From Octopus sinensis (lineage: Eukaryota), in the NCBI RefSeq assembly GCF_006345805.1, contig NC_042998.1, positions 39,184,001 to 39,248,000 on the forward strand: a DNA stretch of 64,000 bases. Direction: 5' to 3'. Shown here one piece after another: positions 47,797-61,000 of the stretch. A model generated the notes under the pieces. That model worked only from the letters and a program-made list of their open reading frames with translations. It was not told the DNA's origin and made no database searches. The number at the start of each line of letters is the position of its first letter. The first letter of the stretch is position 1. The translations under genes were made by a program, and so were the position numbers.

Positions 47797-50700
47797 GTTA
47801 GTGAATGCTTTCTTTCCTTTTGGGGGAAACATAACATTACATACACTCATCTTCTCCGTCAGTATTCGTCTCGGCCGACAAAGAAATGAACAAACTCGTT
47901 CGAAAGCAATTAAACTCGGACTAGCAGCCAATAACTCAGTCATCGGCTTTGAACAAACGAATAATATTTCTGTTTGCATTTGTGTGCATCCAAAATAATA
48001 TTCCTATGTGCATTTGCTCGCACATCCACAATGTGATGTGAGGGGAATTTGACTTCTATTTCTAGCAGTCGCATAGAGATTCGTGTGTTGTTTTGTTTTA
48101 CATCTGCTTTTAGCTTGTAATTTTAATTATTTATTGATTCTAGAAGAATGAGAAGCAAAGATGACTTGGACAGGATTTGAACCCAAAACGTAAAATAACA
48201 ACAAAATACCGCCGACTGTTTCTGTCCGAGTCTTTAATGAGTCTGCGCGATCAGTTTGTTTGGTGATTGGGGGAAAAGCGAACCCGGAATTACTTTTATT
48301 TGCTGTCTGACCCCTTCAGAGGCAGCGAACACTAATTCTAGCAGTTGAGACGGTTTCTGTTTTACCTCAAAACGACAGAAAAATCAGTGCATCGCAATTT
48401 TGTGACCTTGGAAATATCATTGACACCATTCCTTTTGTTGAAATCTTGTTATTCTAGTTTTCATTGATTTATTGTTATTATTATTTAAATTACAAAATGG
48501 TTGTTAATCTATTAAAAACGTATCTAAAGATAATATTCATAATTCGAATCATCTTTTATCATACACACAACACGCAGGGACGTGTTTTGCATGAAACTAT
48601 CGTGTCTATCCTCCCCCTCGCACACACACACACCGCGACATGTGTACTTTAACAGGTTAGGACGAACCCCACGCCTCAGTTCTATGCAAATAAAATTATC
48701 TCAGATTTATTTTCACAAACCAGATGGATCCATCTTCGTAATTGGGAAACAGTTCGGTCGAAATACTGGCTTCGCCCATGTTACCTATCAACTTTCGCTT
48801 CTCGGTCGAGACATAAATACATACAGCGGGAGCGATGTACTGGCATATTCATGATGGAGAAAGAAGGCCAGGCAGTTTGTGACCATGCATCTCATTATCA
48901 CAATAATCTCAGATTTCCGTTTGTGTATTTACTAATACCGTTTCTGTGTCACTCATGTAGAACAACTGAAAAGTTATGCCGGTATGACCTTGAAAACTTC
49001 GAGAAAAACAACGTTGTTATACTCGACATAAATAAAATCCTTCTTCCACTTTATTCGGTGACATCTTAACGCATTGGCACACTGGGGAGTTGCCCAGGGA
49101 CCTCACATATCTAGGGATCCAATACTAATCTTTTCATACTCCAGTTGTGTATACAGGGGCCCCTTGTACATTGTTTGGTTACAAAGTAGTGTGTCTAGTA
49201 GAACATAAGTTATCAATGGAGTCCATCCTTCTCTCATCTTTTTTATCACAAGTTTCCTTTTCAAATACTCTGTTGCAATATACAATGCTAATGGGGCCTC
49301 GCTTTGATCATCATCATCATCGTTTAACGTCCGTTTTCTATGCTAGCATGGGTTGGACGGTTCGACCGGGGTCTGGGAAGCCAGGAGGCTGCACCAGGCT
49401 CCAGTCTGATCTGGCAGTGTTTCTACAGCTCGATGCCCTTCCTAACGCCAACCACTCCATGAGTGTAGTGGGTGCTTTTTACGTTCCACCGGCACAGGTG
49501 CCAGGCAAGGCTGGCAAAGGCCACGATTGGTTGGTGCTTTTTACGTGCCAGCGGCACGGAAGCCACTCAAGGCGGCGCTGGCATTGGCAACGTTTGGATG
49601 GTGCTTTTTACGTGCCACCGGCACAGGTATCACAACTACAATTTCCATTTGATTTTTTGATGTTGATATACTTGACTCAATAGGTCTCCCCAAGCACAGT
49701 GTGTGTATATATATATATATAGATATATATATAGATATATATCATCATCATCATTTAACGTCCGCTTTCCATGCTAGCATGGGTTAGACGATTTGACTGA
49801 GGACTGGCGAACCAGATGGCTGTGTCAGGCTCCAATCTGATCTGGCAGAGCTTCCACAGCCAGATGCCCTTCCTAACGCCAACCACTCCAAGACTGCAGT
49901 GGGTGTTCTTACGTGCCACACTCGAAATGGTGCTTCTTTACGTGCCACCGGAAAGGTATGCATAAGCGGGCCGGCTACATCCCTGGTAAAGGCCATGCAT
50001 TATGGTCTCACTTGTCCTGCCAGGTCTTCTCATGCACAGCATATTTCCAAAGGTCTCAGTCACTAGTCATTGCCTCGGTGAGGCCTAATGTTTGAAGGTT
50101 GTACTTCACCACCTCGTCCCAGGTTTTCCTGGGTCTACCTCTTCCACAGGTTCCCTCAACCACTAGGGTATGGCACTTTTTCCAGTGAGGAAGAGCTCTA
50201 TTAATGGCCCTTGAAGGGCTCTCCAAAACAATGAGACTTACTGTAGGTCAGCGTCTGGGAAGAAAGTACTGGGCATAATGGTTAGTGCAAGGCCCTGGGC
50301 ATGAGGATACAATATGGATAACTAGAGGCAAAAAAAACAAGGAAGTCAAGAGTGCCTATGTAGAGGCCATTCAAGAGCAGCCAACTCCAAGGAGGACCCA
50401 CTGTAGAAATGGAGTGTCTTGATGAGCAACTTCATGCCAATCAGTAGGGTGGCCTTCTATGGATACAGTGTAGGATGATTGTGTGTTTGTAGCAACAGCA
50501 CCATCTTACATGTGGAATAGTACAGGGTGGCTCAAAAGTAGGTTTACAGTTATTCAACTATCTCTTTTGCATTCAGATATTAACAATTTAGATCTTAATT
50601 AAAAAAAAATTTGAAACCATTTTTCAGCAAGATAGAGCATCTCCACATTATGCGTTGACAGTAAGAGAGTACCTTAACCAAGCCTTTCCACAGCATTGGT

Positions 50701-53700
50701 TTGGAAGACGTGGCAGCTTCGAATGGCCACCACATTCACCTGACCTGACACCAATGGATTTCTTTTTTGGGGGTGTTGTAAAGAACAAGGTTTATGAGAA
50801 GAATCCTAAAACAGTAAATGTTTTAAAAGATTACATTTCTGATGCATTCACTGAAATTGATGGAGATCGGAATTTGAGTCACACTGTGTGTCAGAGTGTT
50901 CTGAAGAGGTTTGAAGAATATTGCAATGTTGAAGGAGATTTTGAGCATCTGAGAGATTAAACATTGTTTAAGATGTGCATAAACAATGTGGTTGTAAGAT
51001 AAAAATTTTAATGTAATAAAATGTTTTAAAAGAAATTTAGAGTGCCTACGTGATAACTGTAAACCCACTTTTGGGCCACCCTGTATTTCATTGCGGGTCT
51101 CAACTAAGGTTTGAAGAGGGTCAGCAGTTGGCTCAAGAGATGAAGTATTTTTCTAGCCTTAAAGAGAACAGCCAGTCTATGATCTATTCCAAGGTGCACT
51201 TAACTCTCACACTTTTCTTCTTCATAACGACCTACATACAGTCGCTCATTATAACTCACTCATCTGCAGACAACACTTGTCTCCTCCACTTTCTGCTCAT
51301 AAGTATCATTCAGATGCATTATTGTCATCCACTCTTACTGTCTCTAATTGTTTTCAGCCAGCCTCATGCTAAATTCCCAGCAGTCGTGCACTGGTTCCAC
51401 TCTTCTACCATAAAACATTTCTATGGCTTCTTCACTGCTTTTAACTCCAATCTGCTAAATCAATGGGAACAACTGCTAGCCGAGTTTTCATTTTATTTTA
51501 TTTTTTGACATGCTTCAGTCATCTGACTGTGGCCATGCTGGAGTACTGCCTTTAGTCGAAGAAATCGACCCCAGGACTTATTCTTTGTAAGTCTAGTACT
51601 TATTCTATCAGTCTCTTTTGCCAAACCACTAAGTTTTGGAAACATAACCACTCCAACATCGGCTGTCAAGTGATGGTGGGAGGACAAACACAGATACAAG
51701 TACACACACATATAAATATATATATATATATACACACAATGGGCTTCTTTCAGTTTCCATCTACCATATCCACTCACAAAGCTTTGATCGGCTCAAGGCT
51801 ACAGTAGGAAACACTTGCCCAAGGTGTCATGCAGTGGGACTGAACCTGGAACCATGTGGTTGGGAAGCAAGCTTCTTACCACACAGCCACCATTTGTGTT
51901 TGTCTCCAACCACCACTTATGTTTTTCATTTGTTACTTCTGTTTTGTATACCCCTGTGTGAATTGTACCTGTGCTGGCACCAGGTAAAAGGCATCCAGTA
52001 CACTCTGTATAGTGGTTGGCATTAGGCCATCCAGCTGTAGAAACCATGTCAAATCAGACAAGGAATTCATCTATAAATATAATATGTGACAATTAGTCGG
52101 TTGTCATAATAAAACACATAGGCATTTTGTCTTAATAACTGATGAGATGCCAGAGCAGACTTCAGCCCCGATATCTGAGTTTTATTATGTCAATCAACTA
52201 ATGTCACATATTATATATATATATATATATCATCATCATCATTTAACGTCCACTTTCCATGCTAGCATGGGTTGGACGATTTGACTGAGGTCTGGCGAAC
52301 CAGATGGCTGCACCAGGCTCCAATCTTGATCTGGCAGAGTTTCTACAGCTGGATGCCCTTCCTAACGCCAACCACTCCGAGAGTGTAATGGGTGCTTTTA
52401 CGTGCCACCGGTACGGGGGCCAGTCAGGCGGTACTAGCAACGACCTTGCTCGAATGTTTTTTCATGTGCCGTATATATATATATATTACATATACACATT
52501 TATACAACAGGCTTCTTTCAGTTTCCATCGACCAAATCCACTCACAAGGCTATGGTAGGACTGAATCTGGAATCTTGTAGTTGAGAAGTAAACTTCTTAC
52601 CACACAGCCACAATTTATTTGCGAAACTCCAGCATTGTTCTTCTTCATGTTCTTTAAGCATTTTCTGTACAATTAGGGTCTTTCCTCTCATGCTTCCTCA
52701 TCCTGAATCCAATTTCCTTTCCTTGCACACCGTCATCTTTGTTCAGGCTGGATTCTCCATGTTCCATTGATTGTCTCCCCATAATTGAGACAAACTCCAT
52801 TGATTTTTATTCTTGCTTTCTTTATGTTTACTTTATTCATAACTTTCCCGGTTTTCTTCGTTCATGTATCATTTTTACAGTCTGTGGTGGTGGTCCATTC
52901 TGGCACTCAGCTACTTGGTTGCTGAGTTGTTTCGTAGTCTTCATCATCATCATCATCATCGTTTAACATCTCTTTTCCCTGTTGGCATGGCTTGAATGGT
53001 TTGGCAGGAGGTGGCAAGCCAAAGAGAAGTTGCACCAGGCTCCAAGTCTGTTTTCTATCAATGGATGTCCTTCCTAATGCCAACCACTTTACAGAATGTA
53101 CTGGGTACTTTCTACGTTGCACAGGAGCTTTTTATGTGACACCAGCACTTGTGCTTTTTATGCACCTGTCCCTAGTGTGTAGCATGTAGTTTGTAACTAA
53201 TTATGTATGTCTCTTCTGATTAGTTACCACTGTGTAGTGTCATGGGGCAGGTGTAGCTGAAGAGTTAAGATGACAGTGTTACTGGTGACACCTGTCTACA
53301 AATAATATGGGAGGCACCAATATTGCTAATTACTTATAAATCAAAACATTAAAAAAAAAAGGACAATCTGTTATTGGTACCAGTACTCACTTGTAAACGT
53401 CTTACCTTTAATACAAATGGTAATCAGAGTATTGAGTTACATTTTATTAAATGTGGGTCTAGTGAGGACTGGACCCAGCAGGCAAAGTAGAGTTTGACTG
53501 CTGGGTTCACTCTGCAACCTGCCCTTTTATTGGTAAGATGCAAAGTAATTTGAAGGAATTTTTCAAGAAAAGGATGTATCTTACTAATCAAGAAATATGA
53601 TCATTTTATGACTTTATAATTGATTTCCTTTTCTTTTAATTGTAGGTCCTAAGACTATTTTCTTTTGGGCACCAGCTTTTAAATGGGTAATGTATTGAAT

Positions 53701-56700
53701 TTATTTTCTACTGCCAAAGCAAAACATCATTGATAAAAATGTTCTACAAGAACTGACGTGAGTTCTTAAAAGTTTAACGAAAAGACAGGTAGCTGTGGCA
53801 CCCTTTCTCAATGAGGAAAATTAGGATGGCTAATTCATTTATTCTTTTATTCAGAGGTGAGATTTCATTCTATTGCTACTCCAGTTTTGCCTTCACTGTC
53901 ATGTTCCTCATGAAGAAGAAATGATGATTGTAATGGAAACTTGAAGTAATGGCAGAGTGATGTCTCAGCTTCATATAAATGAAGGGACCAGCCGAATGTT
54001 TGTGTTTGTACCCCACCTACTGTCTCCTCCAATCACCTCCTTTCTGCACCTTCTCTCCTCTGTGCTGTTCTCCTTACTTACCTGCAATCACACTAAATGC
54101 CCTCACACATCTACCACAACCCCCACCCCAGAACGTTCTCTTTGTTTCTCTTCATCATTTGCTACAGACACTTCAGTCCTGCCCACTCACCCAGTCCAAA
54201 CTTCTGTATCACCTCATTTATTCTCTCCACCCCCATTGGCCTTGAAGGACCCTGTCCGGACACAGCTTTGCCACCATCTCTCTCACAATCACTCTCCTTA
54301 CTCTCTAATTTAACTCACTCTCCTTTCTCTTCCAACTTGAGTATCCATGTATCTACTCTGCAGCAAGACACCTCTCTCTGTCTCAATATACTTTTAATCT
54401 CTCAACTGTTCTCAAAATTATCCCCTACCCCAATACTACTCCCACTCTTGATTGAATGGTTTTCAGAAGGGCAACCAATAGTGGACACCATACCAAAGCA
54501 AACTGGAACTCGTTGCAGCTCTCCGGGGCCATTTGCAAAAGATTGGTTTCTCCTGTGTCCTTAGTGTTCATTGCTCCTGCCCATCTTCCATAGACAAAAC
54601 GCTTCTTTCTCTCTCTGACTTTCTGTGATTCTGATGCACTGCTTGTGTCTCCCTCTGGCCCTAGGCACACTGCAACAAGTTTCTTTTCACGTCTCTCTTA
54701 CATATTGAGCAAGGCCATTTACCTGAAGTGGGTGGAGGCCTGTCTGTTTTCTTGCCTACTAGGACTTGTTACAAACTCCATTATGAGAGTAATTGTCATC
54801 ATCATCATCACTGAATGTCCATCTTCCATGCTGTCGTCGTTACTACACATGTCTATAAGTCACCAAAGGATGTTACCTTGAAACACTGTATATTTCTTCC
54901 CAAATCTGTCAAACTCTCAACTTTGACCAGTTCGAAATATTTTCAAGAAAAAGTTTACGATTCTGGTTGTGGATGAAGAAGACTGTGAGAACAAATTTAG
55001 CAATTTTTGGCAAAATATGTACCCTTTTGCCAAGCTATAACAAAAAGTTAGTGAAATATTTTAAATGTTTACAGTTGGATAGATAAACAAATATAACAAA
55101 ATATAATTTGACAAAAAATGTGAATTTTTAATTATTTTCTGAGATTTTACAAAAACAACAAAAATATTATGGTATGACGAGCTCGTCATACCATCCAACA
55201 CGACAGCATTGAAAATTCAGATCTTGGGACTTTTCCGAAAGTCCTCTCCCACCCTCAAGATTTTCCCCATAAATTTCTTTATAATCGTAATTTATGCCGT
55301 TTGAAAGGTATTTCTATAAAATTTAATTGACTCCCCACCCCCCATTTTCCTAAAAGTTACAAGGAAAGCTCGGACCGTGTTGCGGAGTGGCTGTGTAGTG
55401 GGAATAGATTAGGGTTATTCTGAGGGTTATATTGCCTGTGGTTGATGTGGTTTGGGTTGAATTTATTGTTAATTTTGTAATGTGGGTAGGGAGAGAAGTT
55501 ATGTTGTTTAGTTAAGTTGTGTCTAGTTGAATGTTTGAAGTATCCATGTTGAGAGTTAAATCTCGGAGGCAAATTTTTCCATTGTCTGTGAGATGATGGG
55601 GGTTGATTGATAGGTAATGGTTCTCGAAAGTTTTGGTTAGTCTGGAGGCTTTGATGGATCTTTTGATTTGTGTGTAGGGGACCTTGAAAATTGCAGCCAG
55701 ATTTTCTATTGCTTAGGGTGCAGAAATCACCAGTGCCGCCATGACTGGCTTCTGTGCCAGTGGCACGTAAAAAGCACCAATCGATCGTGACTGTTGTCAG
55801 CCTCCTCTGGCCCCTGTGCTGGTGGAACATAAAAAGCACCCACTACACTCACGGAGTGGTTGGCACTAGGAAGGTCATCGAGCTGTAGAAACACTGCCAG
55901 ATCAAGATTGGAGCCTGGTGCAGCCTCCTGGCTTCCCAGACCCTGGTCAAACTATCCAACCCATGCTAGCATGGAAAACGGACGTTAAATGATGATGATG
56001 ATGATGATGATGAAGCCAACTGTAAATAAACAAAGTTTGAATGTTCAATTTCTTCATTCATATAATCAATATGTGTGTGTAAATATTTATATAAATATAC
56101 TCTTTTACTTGTTTCAGTCATTTTGACTGGCCATGCTGGAGCACCGCCTTTAATTGAGCAACTCAACCCCGGGACTTATTATTTTGTAAGCCCGGTACTT
56201 ATTCTATCGGTCTCTTTTGCCGAACTGCTAAGTAACGGGGACATAAACACACCAACATCGGTTGTCAAGCAATGCTAGGGGGACAAACACACACACGCAT
56301 ATATATATATACATACGACGGGCTTCTTTCAGTTTCCGTCTACCAAATCCACTCACAAGGCTTTGGTCGGCCCGAGGCTATAGTAGAAGACACTTGCCCA
56401 AGGTGCCACGCAGTGGGACTGAACCTGGAACCATGTGGTTGGTGAACAAGCTACTTACCACACAGCCACTCCTGCGCCTCTATGTTGACATATTTTAAAC
56501 GGTGCTTTTCAAATGAAAATGACCTCTTAGTAACATTAAAATAATAGGGTATCTAAAATTTTTAGAAATAATTCTTTTCAGACACAGAATGTGTCTGTAT
56601 GGAGATAAGTTTGCTTCCCGACTACATGATTCTTGGCTCAGTCCAATGGTGTGGCACTTTGGGCAAGTGTCTTCTGCTATAACCTTGGGCTGACCAAAGC

Positions 56701-57988
56701 TTTGTGAGTGGATATGGTAGGCAGAAACTGAAAGAAGCCCATCACATATGTATGTGTGTGTGTGTCCTGATTGACAACCAGTGTTAGTGTGTTTATGTCC
56801 CCCTAACCAAGCGGTTCAGCAAAAGAGACTGATAGAATAAGCACCAGGCTTTGAGAAAAAAAAAAGTGCTGGTGTCAATTCATTCAACTAAAACATTCCT
56901 CAAGGCATTGCTCCAGCATAGCCACAGTCTCATGACTGAAATAAGCAAAAGATAAAAAACTGCATGTATTAAATATGAATGTGTGAACTGCATAGTAATG
57001 AGAGCAATCATTACACTGTGGCATTAACTAAGATGAATTAATTCCTCGTTGGTTTCTAATTAATTATTCAATTCCACATTAGCTTGACACGCTTGTTCTA
57101 AAACAATGTAAATGCATAATTCTATTTTTATTGTATGCTAATTACCTAATATTCCGCAATGTTTTATATATGTCAACACTCGGCACTAACCTGACATGAA
57201 ATGCCATGAGAAACTGAAAGAGATCTCATGAGAGCAGCAACATGAGATCTGATTAAACCTCGGTGTGCTGCCTGGCAGGGCTGCTGAACTTGCTCAGTAT
57301 TTCGTTTCTCTGCTTATTTTCAAGGAAATATCTTTTTACCCTTCTTACACTTTTTATAAACATTGAGTATTGTCTTATCCATTCCAGCTCCTCTAAGCAA
57401 TGGCAGCACTGTAAATTTGACAAGTTGGGCTGAATTCTGCTCTTCTTCTTTATAAATATATATATATATATATATGTGTGTGTTATGAGAGGTAAGCATG
57501 TCAATAAGACCCAAAGGTGTCCAGGTAATGCTAAGTGCTATGGACAGGCTATAGTTAAGCAAATGAAGGAGTCCAACGTAGGTCATATGTCAGCATGTGT
57601 ATATATAAATAAAAAAAATTACAGAATGAGATAAAATCCAAGGCTGTGAAAGATTTCAGAATATTTATAAATAGGTCTTACAGCTGTTTCCAGGATATTT
57701 TATATATCCCTTCAACGGAGACGGTGCGAGAAAATGGTAAAGCAATAGTTATTCTAGATAAGATACGAAATGGAGAGTGAAGTGGAGGAATGAAAATAGA
57801 TGTGAGATATGCAGGGATATTGCATCTGTAGTTCCATTATTTAGGCAGAATGTTATACATATAAGATTCTAGTACTTTGTGAGTAAGTTCCAATATATAA
57901 AATATCCCAGAAACAGCTGTAAGACCTTCTATTTATAAATGTTCTGAAATCTTTCACAGCCTTGGATTTTATCTCATTCTGAAAATTT

Positions 57989-58026
<38 letters not shown>

Positions 58027-61000
58027 TGTATGTCTATGGTCCTGGTAAGGTAGAGTATTTCCAATGCAGCATTCAACCGAGGCTTTAGGCTATCTGCACT
58101 ATTGAATTCCAGACTAATAACAAAATTCTTCAGCTATAGAAAATCCTGATTTCACAACAGTAAAGCTAAAAATGTGGGTTAACTGAAGAGTAAAATCTAA
58201 TTCAAATAAGACAAAGAAAAACCTTAGCACATCTTTAATGGTCAGTTGCAATTGTTTCTCTACCAACTCTGTTTTCAAGGCCAATTCACACAAAAGTTCC
58301 AAGTGAAGATTTATGTAATTTTTGCTGTTTGAAACTTTAGAGTGGCACTTTTTCAAATCTGCAGCAAAGGTGCACTCTCACATTGTGCATCTGCCAGGCT
58401 TTGTGTAGACAAGTTTCTGGTCTTTGATCAAAGACTATAATGTTTTCTAACATAGACAGAAAACCATGCATTTTGAGTGAGAGAGAGAGAGAGAGAGAGA
58501 GTAGTCAATCATATCCCCCCCCCCCCAAGTGTTTGAATAGTATTTACTTTATTGATGCTGAAATAATAAAAGGAAAATTTCACATCATTTAGATTTGAAT
58601 TCCTAACATAAAACGATGGAATTGAACATTGCAAAGCATTCATCTGACATCTTGCTGATACTGCTATGAATACTGAAGAATATGTGGTTCTGCAAAATAT
58701 GTGGAAAATGCCTTAATTTTAGTAGATTATTATTATATTCTATAAGTCATTATTCCTTGTAATAACATTCAACATTATTCAATACAACACTGAGCCTCGT
58801 TCGACTTACTATTCATGTTCACCTTGAAGAATTGCGAATCTAAAATTACGGGAAGTTTATATCCAGTTTAGATCAACAACAAGTTTACTGATAATTGTAA
58901 TCGTCATTGTTATATAAAAGTTTGTTTTCCATGCTGGTATGGGTTGAACAATTTCACAGGAGCTGATAAGGCCAGGAACCATACCAGGCTCCTCTCTCTG
59001 TTTTGGCATGGTTTCTACAGTTGGATGCCCTTCTTAATGCCAACCACTTTACTAGGTTGCTTTTTCCATGGCACCAGCACTAACAGGGTCACCGAGTAAC
59101 TTGCAAAACCCCTTCAGCTGGAAAGGAGAGTAGTGGGTTAGTGGGGTAGTGGCTTGGTGCCTGTTGATGTGAGGGTTAGGGGTATAGAGGGGGAGAGGTA
59201 AGTGTCCTGTATGTACATTGATACTCCAGATAAAATATTAATATTAAGTATTAAGTCGTCCCAGGACTGTTTGAAGAATACTAGAATTAAAATATAGTTA
59301 ATTAATATCTCTCTTTTGTTTTTCTCAAATGCATTACTTCAATATTACTGGGGTCATAAATGTTTCTTTTTTTTTGCTCTTGTTTTCAGTCCCTTGTAAT
59401 TGCTGGTTTAGGGGATTTATCTCGACCTGCTGAAAAACTTAGTCTTACACAATCTTCAGCTTTAATGGCAACAGGTAACTATCTTTCTATTTCCCAATGA
59501 CGTTTCCATTTTTCTTTAATGTTTTAACCCTTTCTACCGAATTTATTTATTATATCAAAATACCCCTATTACTTTGTCAGCTGTCTAAATAATCTGGCAG
59601 AAATATTCCTTCCTGCCATAGGCACAAGGCCTGAAATTATGGGTGGCAGGGGTTAAGATCTAGTTGATTAAGTGAACCCCCAGTACACCAGTGGTACTTA
59701 TTTCATCAACCCCAGAAGGATGAAAAGCAAAGCCAACCCCCAGTGGGATTTGAACTCAGGAAGTGAAGATGCATAAAATGCCGCTAAGCCTTTTGCCTGG
59801 AGTGCCAACAATTCTGCCGGCTCACTGCCTTAGAAATTCAAAATATTGGTTTCAAATTTTGGCACAAAGCCAGCAATTTCAAGGGATGAAGCAAGTTGAT
59901 TATATCGACCCCAGTACTCAACCTGTACTTATTGTATTGACCTCAAAAGGATGCAAGGCAAAGTCAACCTCAGCAGAATTTGAACTCAGAACCTGAAGGC
60001 AAACAAAATGCCACCAAGCATTATGCCCAGCATGCTAATGATTCTGCCAGCTTTCCACTTTATAGACATTCAAAATATTGAAAGACAAATCGAAATACGT
60101 TGTTATTACAGCAATGGAAGAAAAAACCCAACACAAATACATGAAAGCATTTAGTTTCATTTGGAACCAAATATTGCTAGAATGGAATTTGCTTCTCATT
60201 TGTTGGGGGAGTGACAGATTGAATAGCATAAGTACCAGTTATGTACTGAACTCAGTTGAATTGTTCTTTTCATTGCTAGAAAGGTGCCCCTACATAGGTG
60301 CTGGAAGCAGTTGTAATGTAACAATAATAATAATAATAAAGAAGGAATGGAAAGAGTAAAATAATTGAAGCTAAATCAATGTAGGAGACATGCTTGGGAT
60401 GGAGATCTGCTGAGGATGAACTAGAATGAGTTGAGAGGGATTTATTAAATATTCAACCTGCATAAAGGTTGAAATAAGATGGGAAGGCAGATGAAAATTA
60501 AGGAAACTCTGTCGTTATGGATATAATGGACATAACGAATGCAAGCTACCATGTATCAAGAGATTAGATGGAAGTATTAACACAACTAGATTAAAGGATG
60601 TTGGAGCTCACAAAGGAAATGACACAGAATATACAAGAGTGTTGTCATTCTGTACTGCAGAGCAACCCCCCTCCCCATTCAGTGCCTGGTTGTATGTTCA
60701 ATGGACATTAAAACCAAAATGATTATTATGATGACTTCACCTTAGTATACAAACCTGATCAAAAGGTATCACAGCTGCTGCTATGAAAAGAAAACTACAA
60801 CACACATCGGTTTGGCATTGAATCTCCTTTTTTTGAAGTTGGCCCCTTCTGAAGTTCCACACTTGATTCAACATTGCTGGAAGCATTTCAGGAATTCCTT
60901 TTTGTGGGGAAGCAAGTAGTCACCTTGTCACATTCTCTTGGATTTCATCAACATCTTGAAATCATGTTCCTCTCAAACCTTGGTTTCAGGGTCATAGCCA

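Noticed and set aside
55357-55839. 160-aa minus-strand ORF in MPC2 intron 2
   Set aside because: Chimeric: starts in an RTE 3' UTR copy and runs into low-complexity Asn/His/Pro-rich sequence of unidentified repeat origin.
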